This document shows positions 24,746 to 37,770 of a DNA stretch of 64,000 nucleotides, one piece after another. Every line of letters begins with the position of its first letter. Within the stretch, counting starts at the first letter, position 1. Both the position numbers and the translations under genes were made by a program. Source of the stretch: Octopus bimaculoides (Eukaryota). The stretch is taken from the NCBI RefSeq assembly GCF_001194135.2, contig NC_068992.1:11699877-11763876 (forward strand), given 5' to 3'. The notes under the pieces were generated by a model, which did no database searches, was not told where the DNA came from, and saw nothing but the letters and a program-made list of their open reading frames with translations.

Positions 24746-25372
24746 TATACCAAATAAATATTATTTAAATAAAATATAAATATATGTATGTATATTTGCA
24801 TGTGCATGTGTGTGTGTGTACGTGTGTGTGTGTGTATACTTGCACTTTGTCAGTTATAATGGCAAACGTTATACATTATGTATAAAGATGGAGCTGCCAT
24901 GTGCATGTGTTTGGCTAGCGTGTTCGGTATGTATTACAGCTACATAATTATGCATTATTTAGCGATCCTGCTGATGAGCTACAGATACCAAATTAATTTA
25001 TTTGGTCATTAATAGCAAAACTCGAGTATAGGATTAACTAATTTTTTATTCACTCCAGTGCCTATTAGCAGTGTGCCATAAGAATTGCATATTTTTAGTG
25101 GTTTGGGTTTAACTGCCCTTTTTAGCATGTAAGAAGTCCTGTCAAGGTCTTCTCTCCTTGTTTAAATCTTTATGCACTCTTATATATATATATGTCTACA
25201 CATCTACACACATATATATCTATATTTATATGCATGCATATACTATATGTATATGTGTGTATGTGTATATATGCATGTAGTGTATATATATATATGTGTG
25301 TGCATATATATATATACATGCATATATATATGTGTGTGTATGTACATACATATATATATGCACACACATATA

Positions 25373-25441
<69 letters not shown>

Positions 25442-25709
25442 GCATACACACACAGATATACTTATACATCTATACATATAGATAGATAGATAGATACATA
25501 CATACATACATACATGTGTATGTAAGAAACGTGTTAATATGTACTTAATGCATAAAGAGTCTCTGGGTATCGATTAAGCATCACAATGGCAAAAGATAGT
25601 GTGAGATTACAGAATGATTGGAAAATCTTCATATTGACATTAACCAAGTGTGGAATCTGAAATATTTCATGTGGAACAATCAATGGTCTGTCTTCACATA
25701 TTGTTGCAG

Positions 25710-25766
25710 GAATTTTCTGTTATAACTTTACAATATAAATCTATATGCCACAATAGAATGATGCTT
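25710..25766 (+). CDS. Weak candidate exon (EFSVITLQYKSICHNRMML)
   Basis: Acceptor tgttgcag, donor CTT|gtatgt, phase 0 to 0. There is no homology support. Confidence 0.18.
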
Positions 25767-25831
25767 GTATGTTCCATCTGCATTCCAGATATTGTTGCAG
25801 AAAAAAAAGAGCACACATATATATATATACA

Positions 25832-25876
<45 letters not shown>

Positions 25877-26867
25877 NNNNNNNNNNNNNNNNNNNNNNNN
25901 NNNNNNNNNNNNNNNNNNNNNNNNNNNNNNNNNNNNNNNNNNNNNNNNNNNNNNNNNNNNNNNNNNNNNNNNNNNNNNNNNNNNNNNNNNNNNNNNNNNN
26001 NNNNNNNNNNNNNNNNNNNNNNNNNNNNNNNNNNNNNNNNNNNNNNNNNNNNNNNNNNNNNNNNNNNNNNNNNNNNNNNNNNNNNNNNNNNNNNNNNNNN
26101 NNNNNNNNNNNNNNNNNNNNNNNNNNNNNNNNNNNNNNNNNNNNNNNNNNNNNNNNNNNNNNNNNNNNNNNNNNNNNNNNNNNNNNNNNNNNNNNNNNNN
26201 NNNNNNNNNNNNNNNNNNNNNNNNNNNNNNNNNNNNNNNNNNNNNNNNNNNNNNNNNNNNNNNNNNNNNNNNNNNNNNNNNNNNNNNNNNNNNNNNNNNN
26301 NNNNNNNNNNNNNNNNNNNNNNNNNNNNNNNNNNNNNNNNNNNNNNNNNNNNNNNNNNNNNNNNNNNNNNNNNNNNNNNNNNNNNNNNNNNNNNNNNNNN
26401 NNNNNNNNNNNNNNNNNNNNNNNNNNNNNNNNNNNNNNNNNNNNNNNNNNNNNNNNNNNNNNATACACACCTAGTCATCCTTCATTCCCAGCATCCATCC
26501 TTCAACCCTATCCAGTTTTTGCCGTTTTTACTGCCCTCCCCCCCGTCCCCCATCACTTCCTCCCATTTACACTCTTGCAAACCCATCCCACCCACGCTTC
26601 TACTTCCTCTATCCAACTTACTTCTACTCACCTCATGCTTTGAGGAGCCACTCAAACATGCAGCTCCACTTGATCATTTTCATTCCCTCCCCTACATGTG
26701 GGAAATCATGTAGCTCTTCCTTGCAATAAGGATCTGCTGGCACCTCCCTACCTCCTTTCTTTAATGCTTTAACCCCTCATCTTGTTGTATAAAACCACCT
26801 TACACCGCCCCCCCCCCCCCCCCCCGCAGATTTTGCCATCTTGTGATCCTCTTCATGACTTCATTCA

Positions 26868-27063
26868 GTGTGAGTGGCATGTAAAAAGCATCACAGTATA
26901 CTGTGAAGGGGATGGAATTAGGAAAGGCATACAACTGTTGAAACCATGCCAGACAAAGTGCCATGATTCAATCTGCTTCATCAGAGCCTGTTAAAGCTTC
27001 CAACCCATGTCAACATGGAACACGGACTTCACATGATGACAATGATTATTATGATGATGATGA
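26868..27063 (+). mobile_element. Family B, diverged
   Basis: GTGGCATGTAAAAAGCA..AGGAAAGGCATAC..CCCATGTCAACATGGAACACGGAC..(GAT)n. Confidence 0.7.
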
Positions 27064-27069
27064 TGTATA

Positions 27070-27149
<80 letters not shown>

Positions 27150-27245
27150 TATATATGGATTGATGAAATTGATGTAGAACCTCTGATGAGAGCTCAATAA
27201 TGTCTGAAAATTGATCAAGACCAGCCATCAATATTTTAATAGGCA

Positions 27246-27646
27246 CAAGAGTGTGGTAAAAAGCTTGCTTTTCAACCATATGCTTGTGGGTTCGGTCCCA
27301 CTGTGTGGCACCTTGGGTAAGTGTCTCCTATTGTAGCCTCAGGCTGACCAAAGCCTTGTGAGTGAATTTGGCTGACGGAAACTGGAAGAAGCCCATCGTA
27401 TATATATATATTTATATATATGTATGTATTTGTGTGCCTGTGTTTGTCCCCCAGTCATTGCTTGAACATCGATATTTGTGTGTTTACATCCCTCTAACTT
27501 AGCTGTCCAGCAAAATAGACTGACAGAGAAAGTACTAGGCTTACAAAGAATAAAACTTGTGGTCGATTTGTTTGACTAAAGGCAGTGCTCCACCATGGTC
27601 ACAATCAAAATGACTGAAACAAGTAAAACAATAAAAGAATAAAAGA
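27246..27646 (+). mobile_element. Family A SINE, near full length
   Basis: Both the head and the GACTGAAACAAGTAAAA tail are present. Confidence 0.85.
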
Positions 27647-28417
27647 ATATTATAGGTTTTAATATTTTGCTGAGCGTAGAATTCAATATACGTATGTTTT
27701 AGAACAAAGTGTTAGATGAGTATAGAGCAATAATAAGACAGAAAGATGAGACAGGAGACACAGACGTTATCTAAAGAACATCATTAGCTTACAGCTGTTT
27801 CTGCGGTAGGATGCAGTGGACTCATAGTTGAGTACCTGCATAACATTCAGACAGGTAGACTTGTGCATTTTTAACTATGCTTCATAATGAATTATCTGAT
27901 ATTCTTACTCCTTGAGTTATTGTAGCTTTTTCAGCTAATAAAAATATATCTATACTCTTCATTATGTATTGAGTCTTATTTAGTTATTATTCTAATCAAA
28001 CTCGTGTATGTGTGTGAGCATGTGTGTGTGTGTGCGTGTGCACGGGCTTGCGCATGTGAATCCATGTGTACTCTGCTTTTGAAAATAGTACCCCAAATCC
28101 TTCTGTCATAAGAAGATACTAAAAGTTTATCTTAACCAACAGCAATTGGATGTAAAACATGACCTCCAAAAGCCCTATGTAATCCATGTATGCATATCAT
28201 TAACAATATTATCTTCATTGTTTCCATATCTACTTGATAGATTTATACACATACATACATACATCCATACGTACATACATACATACATATGTACATATAC
28301 AATATATGTGTGTGTATGTGTATCAATACATATAGATGCACAGATATATGCATATAAATGTGTGAGTGTATATATGTATGTGAGTATGTATAAATGAGTA
28401 TAAATATGTATCTATAT

Positions 28418-28476
<59 letters not shown>

Positions 28477-28759
28477 TATTTTCATAATATTTATTATCTA
28501 TGGTAACTGTTTATTTTGAAGATTTACTGATATTTGCTTCTCAAAGCCAGTTTCGATGAAACTTCAAAGTAAACATCTGCCATTTATAAGAGTGTTTTGA
28601 GAAGCCGGTATCTGTGAAACATCGAAGTAATCAGTCAGTATTGACAATTATAGATATCATTCTGAGTCTACAACCAATATTGAGTCCTTTAATCAGTGTA
28701 TGTTGCAAGTGCTCATGCAAGCAATCATATATATTTGCAAATATATATATGTGTGTATG

Positions 28760-28801
<42 letters not shown>

Positions 28802-28913
28802 TAGATAGAGATACGTATATATAAACAGATATAAATATGTATATATTATTGTTATCATTATTGTTATCATACATTTATATTATATATATTGATATGTATA
28901 CATACACACACAT

Positions 28914-28998
<85 letters not shown>

Positions 28999-29164
28999 NN
29001 NNNNNNNNNNNNNNNNNNNNNNNNNNNNNNNNNNNNNNNNNNNNNNNNNNNNNNNNNNNNNNNNNNNNNNNNNNNNNNNNNNNNNNNNNNNNNNNNNNNN
29101 NNNNNNNNNNNNNNNNNNNNNNNNNNNNNNNNNNNNNNNNNNNNNNNNNNNNNATATATATAGC

Positions 29165-29640
29165 AAATACAACTTGATATGGTGTACAAGATTTTCAAGA
29201 AACAAATCCTTGCTAAAATGAAAAGGGAATTATAGGAAAATAGCACTTTGCTAAACACAGGAATATTATCTTCCTTCAGTTGCTCAATGTGTGTTAAGTC
29301 TTGTCATTCTAAAGCTGACCTTATTTCACATTTCAGAACTCATCTTCAGGTTGATGGTGCACATGGCTCAAAGTTCATTCCAGCAGACACATACATATGT
29401 CATATTTGCTGTAAGGTATGTTACCCCTGCACTGGTTGGAAAACGCAAAATGAATCTCCCCAAACCTGGCAAAGCAAACAACTCTGTGCCATGTGCCACT
29501 TGAGGTAAGATATATTTGCTCTGTTTGTAATGCAAATTTCAAACAGCTCTCAGGACTCAAAAGCCACTTCAGTGCTCACGAATAGAAAAAGTACATCTTA
29601 CAAGACGTGGTCAAATTTTGAATAGGTGCAGACTACATCT
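29165..29640 (+). pseudogene. Decayed C2H2 zinc-finger-bearing 3' end, probably of an RTE-clade LINE
   Basis: FSCSMCVKSCHSKADLISHFRTH (29275), a degenerate YICHICCKVC finger, and a frameshifted YICSVCNANFKQLSGLKSHFSAHE* (29511-29585). A helical K/R segment lies upstream and the 3' UTR is short. Confidence 0.65.
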
Positions 29641-30499
29641 ATGTACGTGTATGCACCTGAGTTCAGCCTCATCATTTATACGGATAATGTTATTTGCATG
29701 CTGTCCATTTACAAATGTTTTTCTGGCCTTCTTTACTTCTTTAGTAAGCCATTTGTAGAAAAAAATCTTCACTAAAGTGCAAACAGAGTTCATTTGTTTC
29801 CAGTTCTCCATTTAACCATGTCCAGACTGTTTTGTTGTTCAATAGACAAGAGGAATATTATTATGCTAGGAAACAGTTACAGGATAGCATCAGGAAGAGC
29901 ATCCAGTCGCAGAAAACTTTGCTTCAACATATTTTTGACTGGCCCATGCAAACATGGAAAAGGAGACATTAAAAGTATTTTGATACACACCTAAATATAT
30001 TGTGTTATCTAAGTCAATGTTATCTAAGTCAACAAGCATTGAGTGAACAGGATTCAGATGGCAAGTGATATATTTATATTTACTTATTTCCAAGAGTTAC
30101 AGAAACGTATCTATCTGCCAATCAGACTATCAATTTACCTATCTATCTCCTTTCTCTATATCTATCTAGATACACACATACAGGTGTCAGTGAATACTGT
30201 TATACATTCATTTATTTATATATATATATATATATATATNNNNNNNNNNNNNNNNNNNNNNNNNNNNNNNNNNNNNNNNNNNNNNNNNNNNNNNNNNNNN
30301 NNNNNNNNNNNNNNNNNNNNNNNNNNNNNNNNNNNNNNNNNNNNNNNNNNNNNNNNNNNNNNNNNNNNNNNNTATATATAGATGTATATGTATATATAAA
30401 CATACATACAGGCATACTTTAATTTATATATATATACAGACAGACATACAGTCATTTATATATGCATATAGACAGACAGATAGATAGATAAATAAATTT

Positions 30500-30880
30500 A
30501 TTTATTGACATAATAGCGCACACCATAAAAGTTAATACAAATATACATTTGGTTTCATTTTACTTATTTACATTTGCATCATGTATCTGTAAAACTTGTT
30601 CACAACTTCGTTTTGATATAGGCAATGAATTCACAAGAGGACAATCAATAGACTACGGAAACTTCTCTTCTTCTCAAAAGAGTTCAATCCAGGAAAAGAC
30701 AACATTTCAACTATGTGAGGTCTTCTCAAAAATACTTTGTAATATACTTTCTTTCATCAAGAGATATTTTATGAGCTTGATTGAGATTCAATTTCCTTAC
30801 ACGGTTGGTCATCTACTTGAGTCTGTGATTGCTTGCTGCTGTTTATTTATTTTGTCTTTCATCCAATAATGACTTAGTTT
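30500..30880 (-). pseudogene. Possible decayed LINE C-terminus (L1/Tx1-like?)
   Basis: Stop-interrupted frame IKLIKYLLMKESILQSIFEK..QIHDANVNK*, followed by AATAAA on the - strand. The clade is uncertain. Confidence 0.25.
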
Positions 30881-31182
30881 TTGAACTGAATACTTGACAC
30901 ACTTGTTTACTCTTACATACGTACATACTTACATATTAACATATATACATATACGGATATGTTCATACAAACACCCATACACACATGGACACATACACAT
31001 GCACATGTGCACGCGCACACACACACACACACACACATACACATATTTGGATGTGTATGTGTGTGTGTGTGTGTGTATAAATATACATATGCATGTATAT
31101 GTATATATATATGCATATATATACACATAGATATGTATATACATATATATGCATATGCCTATATGTATAAATATGATTATAA

Positions 31183-31236
<54 letters not shown>

Positions 31237-33561
31237 NNNNNNNNNNNNNNNNNNNNNNNNNNNNNNNNNNNNNNNNNNNNNNNNNNNNNNNNNNNNNNNN
31301 NNNNNNNNNNNNNNNNNNNNNNNNNNNNNNNNNNNNNNNNNNNNNNNNNNNNNNNNNNNNNNNNNNNNNNNNNNNNNNNNNNNNNNNNNNNNNNNNNNNN
31401 NNNNNNNNNNNNNNNNNNNNNNNNNNNNNNNNNNNNNNNNNNNNNNNNNNNNNNNNNNNNNNNNNNNNNNNNNNNNNNNNNNNNNNNNNNNNNNNNNNNN
31501 NNNNNNNNNNNNNNNNNNNNNNNNNNNNNNNNNTATATATATATATATATGTTACATACATATAAACATTTCTGTATGTCATTATATACGCATGATGCAT
31601 TTGCTAAACTTACAAATGTTCATACATACACACCTATACACACACACCTATACACACACATACATACAAACATTTATTTATACACACATACATGGATACT
31701 CACATATATATACACTGCTTCATTCTTAATCACATATCATCAAATTAATGTAAATATTAGCATCTATATATATGCACAAACTTACAATTTCCTTCTCTCA
31801 CTCCCTCATTCCCCCCCTCTCTCTCTCTATTGCTCTTTCACGCTCTCTTTTACACACATACATCTAATACATGCTTACGTGTAGTTATATAGTTTCAGCC
31901 ACAATATCAATGATTTCCATCATAAGTGAACTATATTTCTATGTGCTTATATGTGTGTATCTATTGAAACCTTTATGATAGTTACAGATGTACACATACA
32001 CTTTTTCACATACATACACACAAGCATATTTCTCTTCAAAGAGACGAACATACACACACAATCACACATACATACACAAACACAAACTCACACATCGTCC
32101 CCGCAATTTCTTTCTTTTTCCTGCACAGACACACACACACACACACTCACTCTCTCTCACACACATATACACATATATACACTTACTTATTCACATATGC
32201 CCACGCATTCATACACATTCACATTCACACAAGCATACATATATATATATATACTTACACACAAATATCAACACATACGCAAATTGGTATCTCGAACCTG
32301 ATACTTGATATCTTAACAAACAGAAAAATTGTAAGTATCAAGCTACAAGATTTATTGTTTTCAATAAAACCAAGCATTTATTTTATGGGGCAATCTTTTT
32401 GTCAAAAGAGAAATCCTACCTTGAAATTTAATCATAGCACTATCTAGTGAATTCCATTTCCATTTTAAATACGGCCTGTCCTCAATTTATCTGTTTTTAT
32501 TGTTGATATTAAATTTTCTGTGTAAGCACTGCCATATAGATGCGGTCAGCTTCCAAACATCGGTAACCGTGATCATGTTTCAATTCACAGTTGTTAAAAG
32601 TTTGCATTGTTCATCTTGTTAATACACATTGAAGAAACTCTCTTGATTAACATAATAATCATTTTTCCCATCGGCGCTTGATGTCAATAGGAGTGATCCC
32701 ATGTGACATGATATTTCCGAACACACAAGATCAAGTAAAACTACTGACGTTATCTTTCTAGTGCAACACCAACACACAACAAGTATTTCAAGACTATTTT
32801 CCCTGCTAAGGCAGCAGTTAGCCTCGCAAGTCTCTTGACAGTTTTTTTCTTCTCAATTTAGCTCTCATTCTCTCCTCTCTCATTCTTAACCATATCATTC
32901 CTAGTCTTCTGTTTCTTCTTTCTACTCCCTTCTATATCCATTTCTATCACCCTTCTCACCAAATTGTTTTCTTCTTTTCTCAGATCATGGCCCAGCTACT
33001 TCCCCCCATTTCTTTTCACAGTATCCATCACCGACTCCCAAAATTCTAATCTCAGTTCTTTCAAGCCTTCACTGCTACTTCACGTTCATCAACGATATCT
33101 CACTATTATAAATCCTTATCAGTTCCCCACACATTTTCATACATGAATCATACACCATTCCCTTTGGTTTCAATGCCACTTCTCTCCTGAATAGCATACC
33201 AGTCATAAACGCCACAAAAGATGACTGTATGGTCAAAAAGTTTGCTCCAGGACCATGAAGTTCTGGGTTTGTTCCTTCTGTGTGGATATTATGAGTTAGT
33301 ATCTTTTGTTATAATTACATCTTAGTCAGTATCTTATGAGTGAAATTTGGTAGAGAGAAGCCCATCATATATTTATGTATATATGTCTAATTATATTAAT
33401 ATATACAAGGTGGGCCAAAAGTCACACACATAATAAACCCAACACACTCCAGAATTGTCAGACAAGCTTCGATTGTACTAAAATTGAATAAAATAAATGA
33501 AATAATGATGAATAAACATGTACTTGTAAATGATGAATAAGATGAATGATAATAATAATAA

Positions 33562-33785
33562 TAATAATCTTTTCTACTAAAGGCACAAGGCCTGAAATTT
33601 TGTGGGAAGGGACTAGTTGATTACATCGACCTCAATGTTTCACAGGTACTTAATTTAACAACCCCGAAAGGATGAAAGGCAAAGTTGACCTTGGTGGAAT
33701 TTGAACTCAGATCATAGCAAAGGATGAAATACTGCTAAGCACTTTGCCCGGCATGCTAACAATTCTACCAGCTCATTACCTTAAT
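33562..33785 (-). mobile_element. Family D SINE
   Basis: GAAAGGATGAAAGGCAAAGTTGACCTTGGTGGAATTTGAACTCAG, flanked by (AAT)n. Confidence 0.85.
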
Positions 33786-33825
33786 AATAGTAATAATAAT
33801 AATAATAATAACAATAATAATAATC

Positions 33826-33871
<46 letters not shown>

Positions 33872-33875
33872 TAGC

Positions 33876-33907
<32 letters not shown>

Positions 33908-33930
33908 TAATAATAATAATAATAACAATA
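33786..33930. repeat. (AAT)n microsatellite
   Basis: Visible directly. Confidence 0.95.
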
Positions 33931-35302
33931 GAACAAGTAGAAAGATAAATTGTTTTCAACATATAAATACTGAACAGTATATATAAAGGATAAAATCCTT
34001 TTAAGAGTAGAAAAATTTGCCAGCAACCAGCCATGAGGATCAAACTCACACCCCTCCAATATTGGAGTGGTGTTAAAATGAATGTTAAGGAACTCCTCTT
34101 TCTGGACATTCTTATAAGTAAAGAAAATGAGAGCAACAATCGATCTCTATGGCAAGGACACAGACACACATCTGTATTTAGATTTTACATTTTGTTCCAC
34201 TCTTCCCATACATAAAAGAACATACCATTCCATATGATGTGACGTATATACTCAATAGTTGCACATACTAATTGGTGGGAGAAACGAATAGTCAAAGTAG
34301 ATATGTTCCTTCAAAAACAGAAACACCACAAAGTGTTCCTTTTTACATGCCACTGGCATGGGAGCCAGTCAGGCAACACTGTTTACAAAAAGTGGTCTGA
34401 GTTGTTTGTCGTTTGTAGACTGGGGATTTATTACAGGAAATGCATCTTGCCATGGAAAAAATCTACCTCAAAGTAATTCCATCTGACACATGCGAGCATA
34501 GTAAGGTAGTAGACATTGAAACGATGCCAGCTAAAACGGCAATGATGATGAGTAAGAGATGATAATGATATACTCCTCCTCTGCCCATCTCTCTCTCTTA
34601 TACACACTTAATATTCTTGTACCCTTTGATTGAAATACAACCTTCAGTAACTTCCTTAATAAGCATGATGTGCATGTCATAAAAATTTTATCAAAGAATA
34701 CAAACATGCTTTCTTTTCCATTCTCTTCTTTGAACATTTCCTTACAAGACACTTTCTTGTTGGTTCGATAAAGTAAAGTTCAGAGCACTCTCTTGGGGAC
34801 ACAGGATGTAAGAAACCTCAACAAAGGCCATCACAAGGCATCTCATTCCATGTTTTAATAATTCAACCAATCAACTGAGTTGTACTGGAACATTATTTTA
34901 TTGACCCCAGAATAATTACAGACGGAGCTCTCTTTGGCAGGATTTGAATTCACAGTTTAGCCCTTTTGTTATTGTATTTATTTTGAGATGCTCTGTGTTT
35001 CTTTCAATTACTTTAAATATAACAAAGAATTTAGTAAAATAACTTAGTTATCATTCAGCTAGTGTTAGGAACATAAATTGTGACTAAGGTTTGGTGGAAG
35101 ATTTTAATTTAAAACTTATGAAAACAAGACATTTGTACTCAGAGCCAGAGCCAGTTTCTGCCAGGTTGGTAACGAAAAGGCTAAAGAAATGGGGGGAAAA
35201 TACTGTCAGGTATTTTAACCAAAACTTTAATGGTTCTGCTATTTTACTGCCATTTTACGAACCCAGATTCACTTATAAATATATAGTTAAATACTCTTTA
35301 CT

Positions 35303-35708
35303 GTTTTATTCTTTTACTTGTTTCAGTCATTTGACTGTGGCCATGCTGGAGCACCACCTTTAGTCGAGGAAATCGACCCCAGGACTTATTCTTTGTAAGC
35401 CTAGTACTTATTCTATCAGTCCCTTTTGCCAAACCGCTAAGTTACGGGGGGACATAAACGCACCATCATCGGTTGTCAAGCAATGTTGGTGGGGACAAAC
35501 ACAGACTCACAAACATATACACACACACATATATAAATATATACATATATACGACGGGCTTCTTTCAGTTTCCGTCTACCAAATCCACTCACAAGGCTTT
35601 GGTTGGCTCGAGGCTATATTAGAAAACACTTGCCCAAGGTGCCACGCAGTGGGACTGAACCAGGAACCATGTGGTTTGTAAGCAAGCTACTTACCACACA
35701 GCCACTCC
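35303..35708 (-). mobile_element. Family A SINE, full length and relatively young
   Basis: Close match to 1263-1668. Confidence 0.9.
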
Positions 35709-35749
35709 TAAATGCATGCACAGTTACTTACATCCACACCATCTTTATT

Positions 35750-36115
35750 ATCATATTGACTTCCTCCTCCTCATCATCGTCATCATCATCACCATCTCGT
35801 CATCATCATCACTGACGTCATCACTAGCATCACCTCACTCTTTCTTGCTGTTGCTAGTATTGTCATCACCACTGCTGTTGTCATCATTATACATGGCAAC
35901 AACAGTGGCAGCAATAGCAGAATCAGTTTCTGTGGTATCAGTGGCATCATCACCATTGTCATTGGCGCTGTAGTCCTGCTCCTCCTCCTGCTCCTCCTCC
36001 TGCTCCTCCTCCTGCTCCTCCTCCTCCTGCTCCTCCTCCTCATCGTCGTCATCGGCGTCGTTGATGCCGTCATCATCTTCTTCCGCCTCCCCCTTCGTCA
36101 TGCTTATCGTCGTCA
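35750..36115. repeat. Degenerate CAT/CTC triplet tract including a (CTGCTCCTCCTC)-type 12-mer
   Basis: It produces the D/E-rich pseudo-ORF at 35835-36116. Confidence 0.85.
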
Positions 36116-36307
36116 CTGTGTTAACACATTTTAGCCTTAGCTCACAAACAAAACAAGAAAGGCACCAATACTGTTGTCAGATCCAAAATGATTTCTCTTT
36201 GAAATTGAATCCTATCACCATTTCTATCTAAATGCAATAAATATCCTTCAAATGAATGTCTACACTTTCTTTTTTTGTTGGTTTTTTTTTCTTTTTGGTT
36301 TTTGCAG

Positions 36308-36437
36308 AATTCCTCAGACATCCAAACAGTCATCGCCTATCTCTAAATTACATGGCAGTGGATCTTCTTTATCTAATGATGAGGATTCAGTTATCCAAAC
36401 AATTGAATTACCTGCTTCTAAATCAATGTGCATGTGA
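36308..36437 (+). CDS. Candidate terminal coding exon (IPQTSKQSSPISKLHGSGSSLSNDEDSVIQTIELPASKSMCM*)
   Basis: Very strong acceptor ttttttttctttttggtttttgcag, phase 2 start, 42 open codons then TGA, followed by unique UTR-like sequence. Confidence 0.5.
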
Positions 36438-36643
36438 CTGTGTATTCCACAGATATGTATTTCCTTTAAGTAATTCTCAGACAAATTCAGCAAAGCACTC
36501 ACTGTGAAGTGTGACTCATTGCCGTCATGTGCCATACACCTGCAGCACATTGGTGACCCTACATTGAAAGTCTTCCCAATGAAGCACAAGTTACCCAGCT
36601 GCCTTGATACTTTCATTCAATCAGCTCATGATATTGTCTACCT

Positions 36644-37028
36644 GTGGAGGTGCAATGGCCCAGTGGTTAGGGCAGTGGACTCGCGGTTATAGGATCGCAG
36701 TTTCGATTCCCAGACCGGGCGTTGTGAGTGTTTATTGAGCGAAAACACCTAAAGCTCCACGAGGCTCCGACAGAGGATGGTGGCGAACCCTGCTGTACTC
36801 TTCCACCACAACTTTCTCTCACTCTTACTTCCTGTTTCTGTTGTACCTGTAATTGAAAGGGTCAGCCTTGTCACATTGTGTCACGCTGAATATCCCCGAG
36901 AACTACGTTAAGGGTAAACGTGTCTGTGGAGTGCTCAGCCACTTGCACGTTAATTTCACGAGCAGGCTATTCTGTTGATCAGATCAACTGGAACCCTCGA
37001 CGTCGTAAGTGACGGAGTGCCAACAACA
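36644..37028 (+). mobile_element. Family C SINE, full length with an 11-bp TSD
   Basis: TSD ATTGTCTACCT at 36633-36643 and 37029-37039; many CpGs are retained. Confidence 0.95.
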
Positions 37029-37735
37029 ATTGTCTACCTATTGCATTCTTTGCTTGTAAGACTGTACCTTTCAAACTGGATTAGATTGGATTAGGTTGGA
37101 TTAGGTTGGATTAAGTAGCCTATGTGCAGTCCACTGCAGGATGAAGGCCTCAGCATGTTCTTTCTACCAGAGATCATACTGGTTCAATGATCCTACTCCA
37201 CCACACTGGCTCATGGCTTGGCAGTGGAGTGCAGTTTTCATGCCCTTACCCAGAAGTATTCAAATCGATTGCATCCCCCAGTACTCAACTGGTACTTATT
37301 TTATCAACCCTGGAAGAATAAAAGATAAAGTCAGCCTCTTAAATTAACCTTTTAAATTATAGGTGCACCTCACCCTCAAAAAGCTCCTATGCAGTTCTCA
37401 TCTAGCCAACTTCACACATAAGACATTGGTTGATCTCAGGTCAAAGAAAATTATGATCACCCATGATGCCATGCAGCGAGATTGAACAAGAGCCCTTATA
37501 GTTGCAAAGTGAACTTCTTAAACATTCAGCCATACTGTGTCTACATATTATGTAGTATTGAGAAGATTAAAGACTAATCTATTCTGGCATGAGATGTTAG
37601 TCTATTGCAGATTGGTTTTCTTATAGGGGGAACTGGACTTAGTTTGACAGCTTGTCAGTAAATCAGTTGTCAATTTCATGTAAATGCATAACTTTACACA
37701 CAAACTCACACACACACATTTGCATAGACACACAT

Positions 37736-37770
<35 letters not shown>

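Noticed and set aside
27183-27215. CTGATGA..GAAA spacing like a hammerhead
   Set aside because: Stems I, II and III do not pair convincingly.
33406-33430. TA-CAAGGTGGGCCAAAAGTCAC Tc1-like TIR
   Set aside because: No matching second end was found.
35835-36116. Acidic D/E-rich ORF on the - strand
   Set aside because: It is a degenerate triplet and 12-mer repeat, without supported splice sites or any domain.
37076-37115. (GGATTAGGTT)n as telomeric repeat
   Set aside because: It is a 10-bp unit with about 4 copies, not TTAGGG; this is a minor simple repeat.
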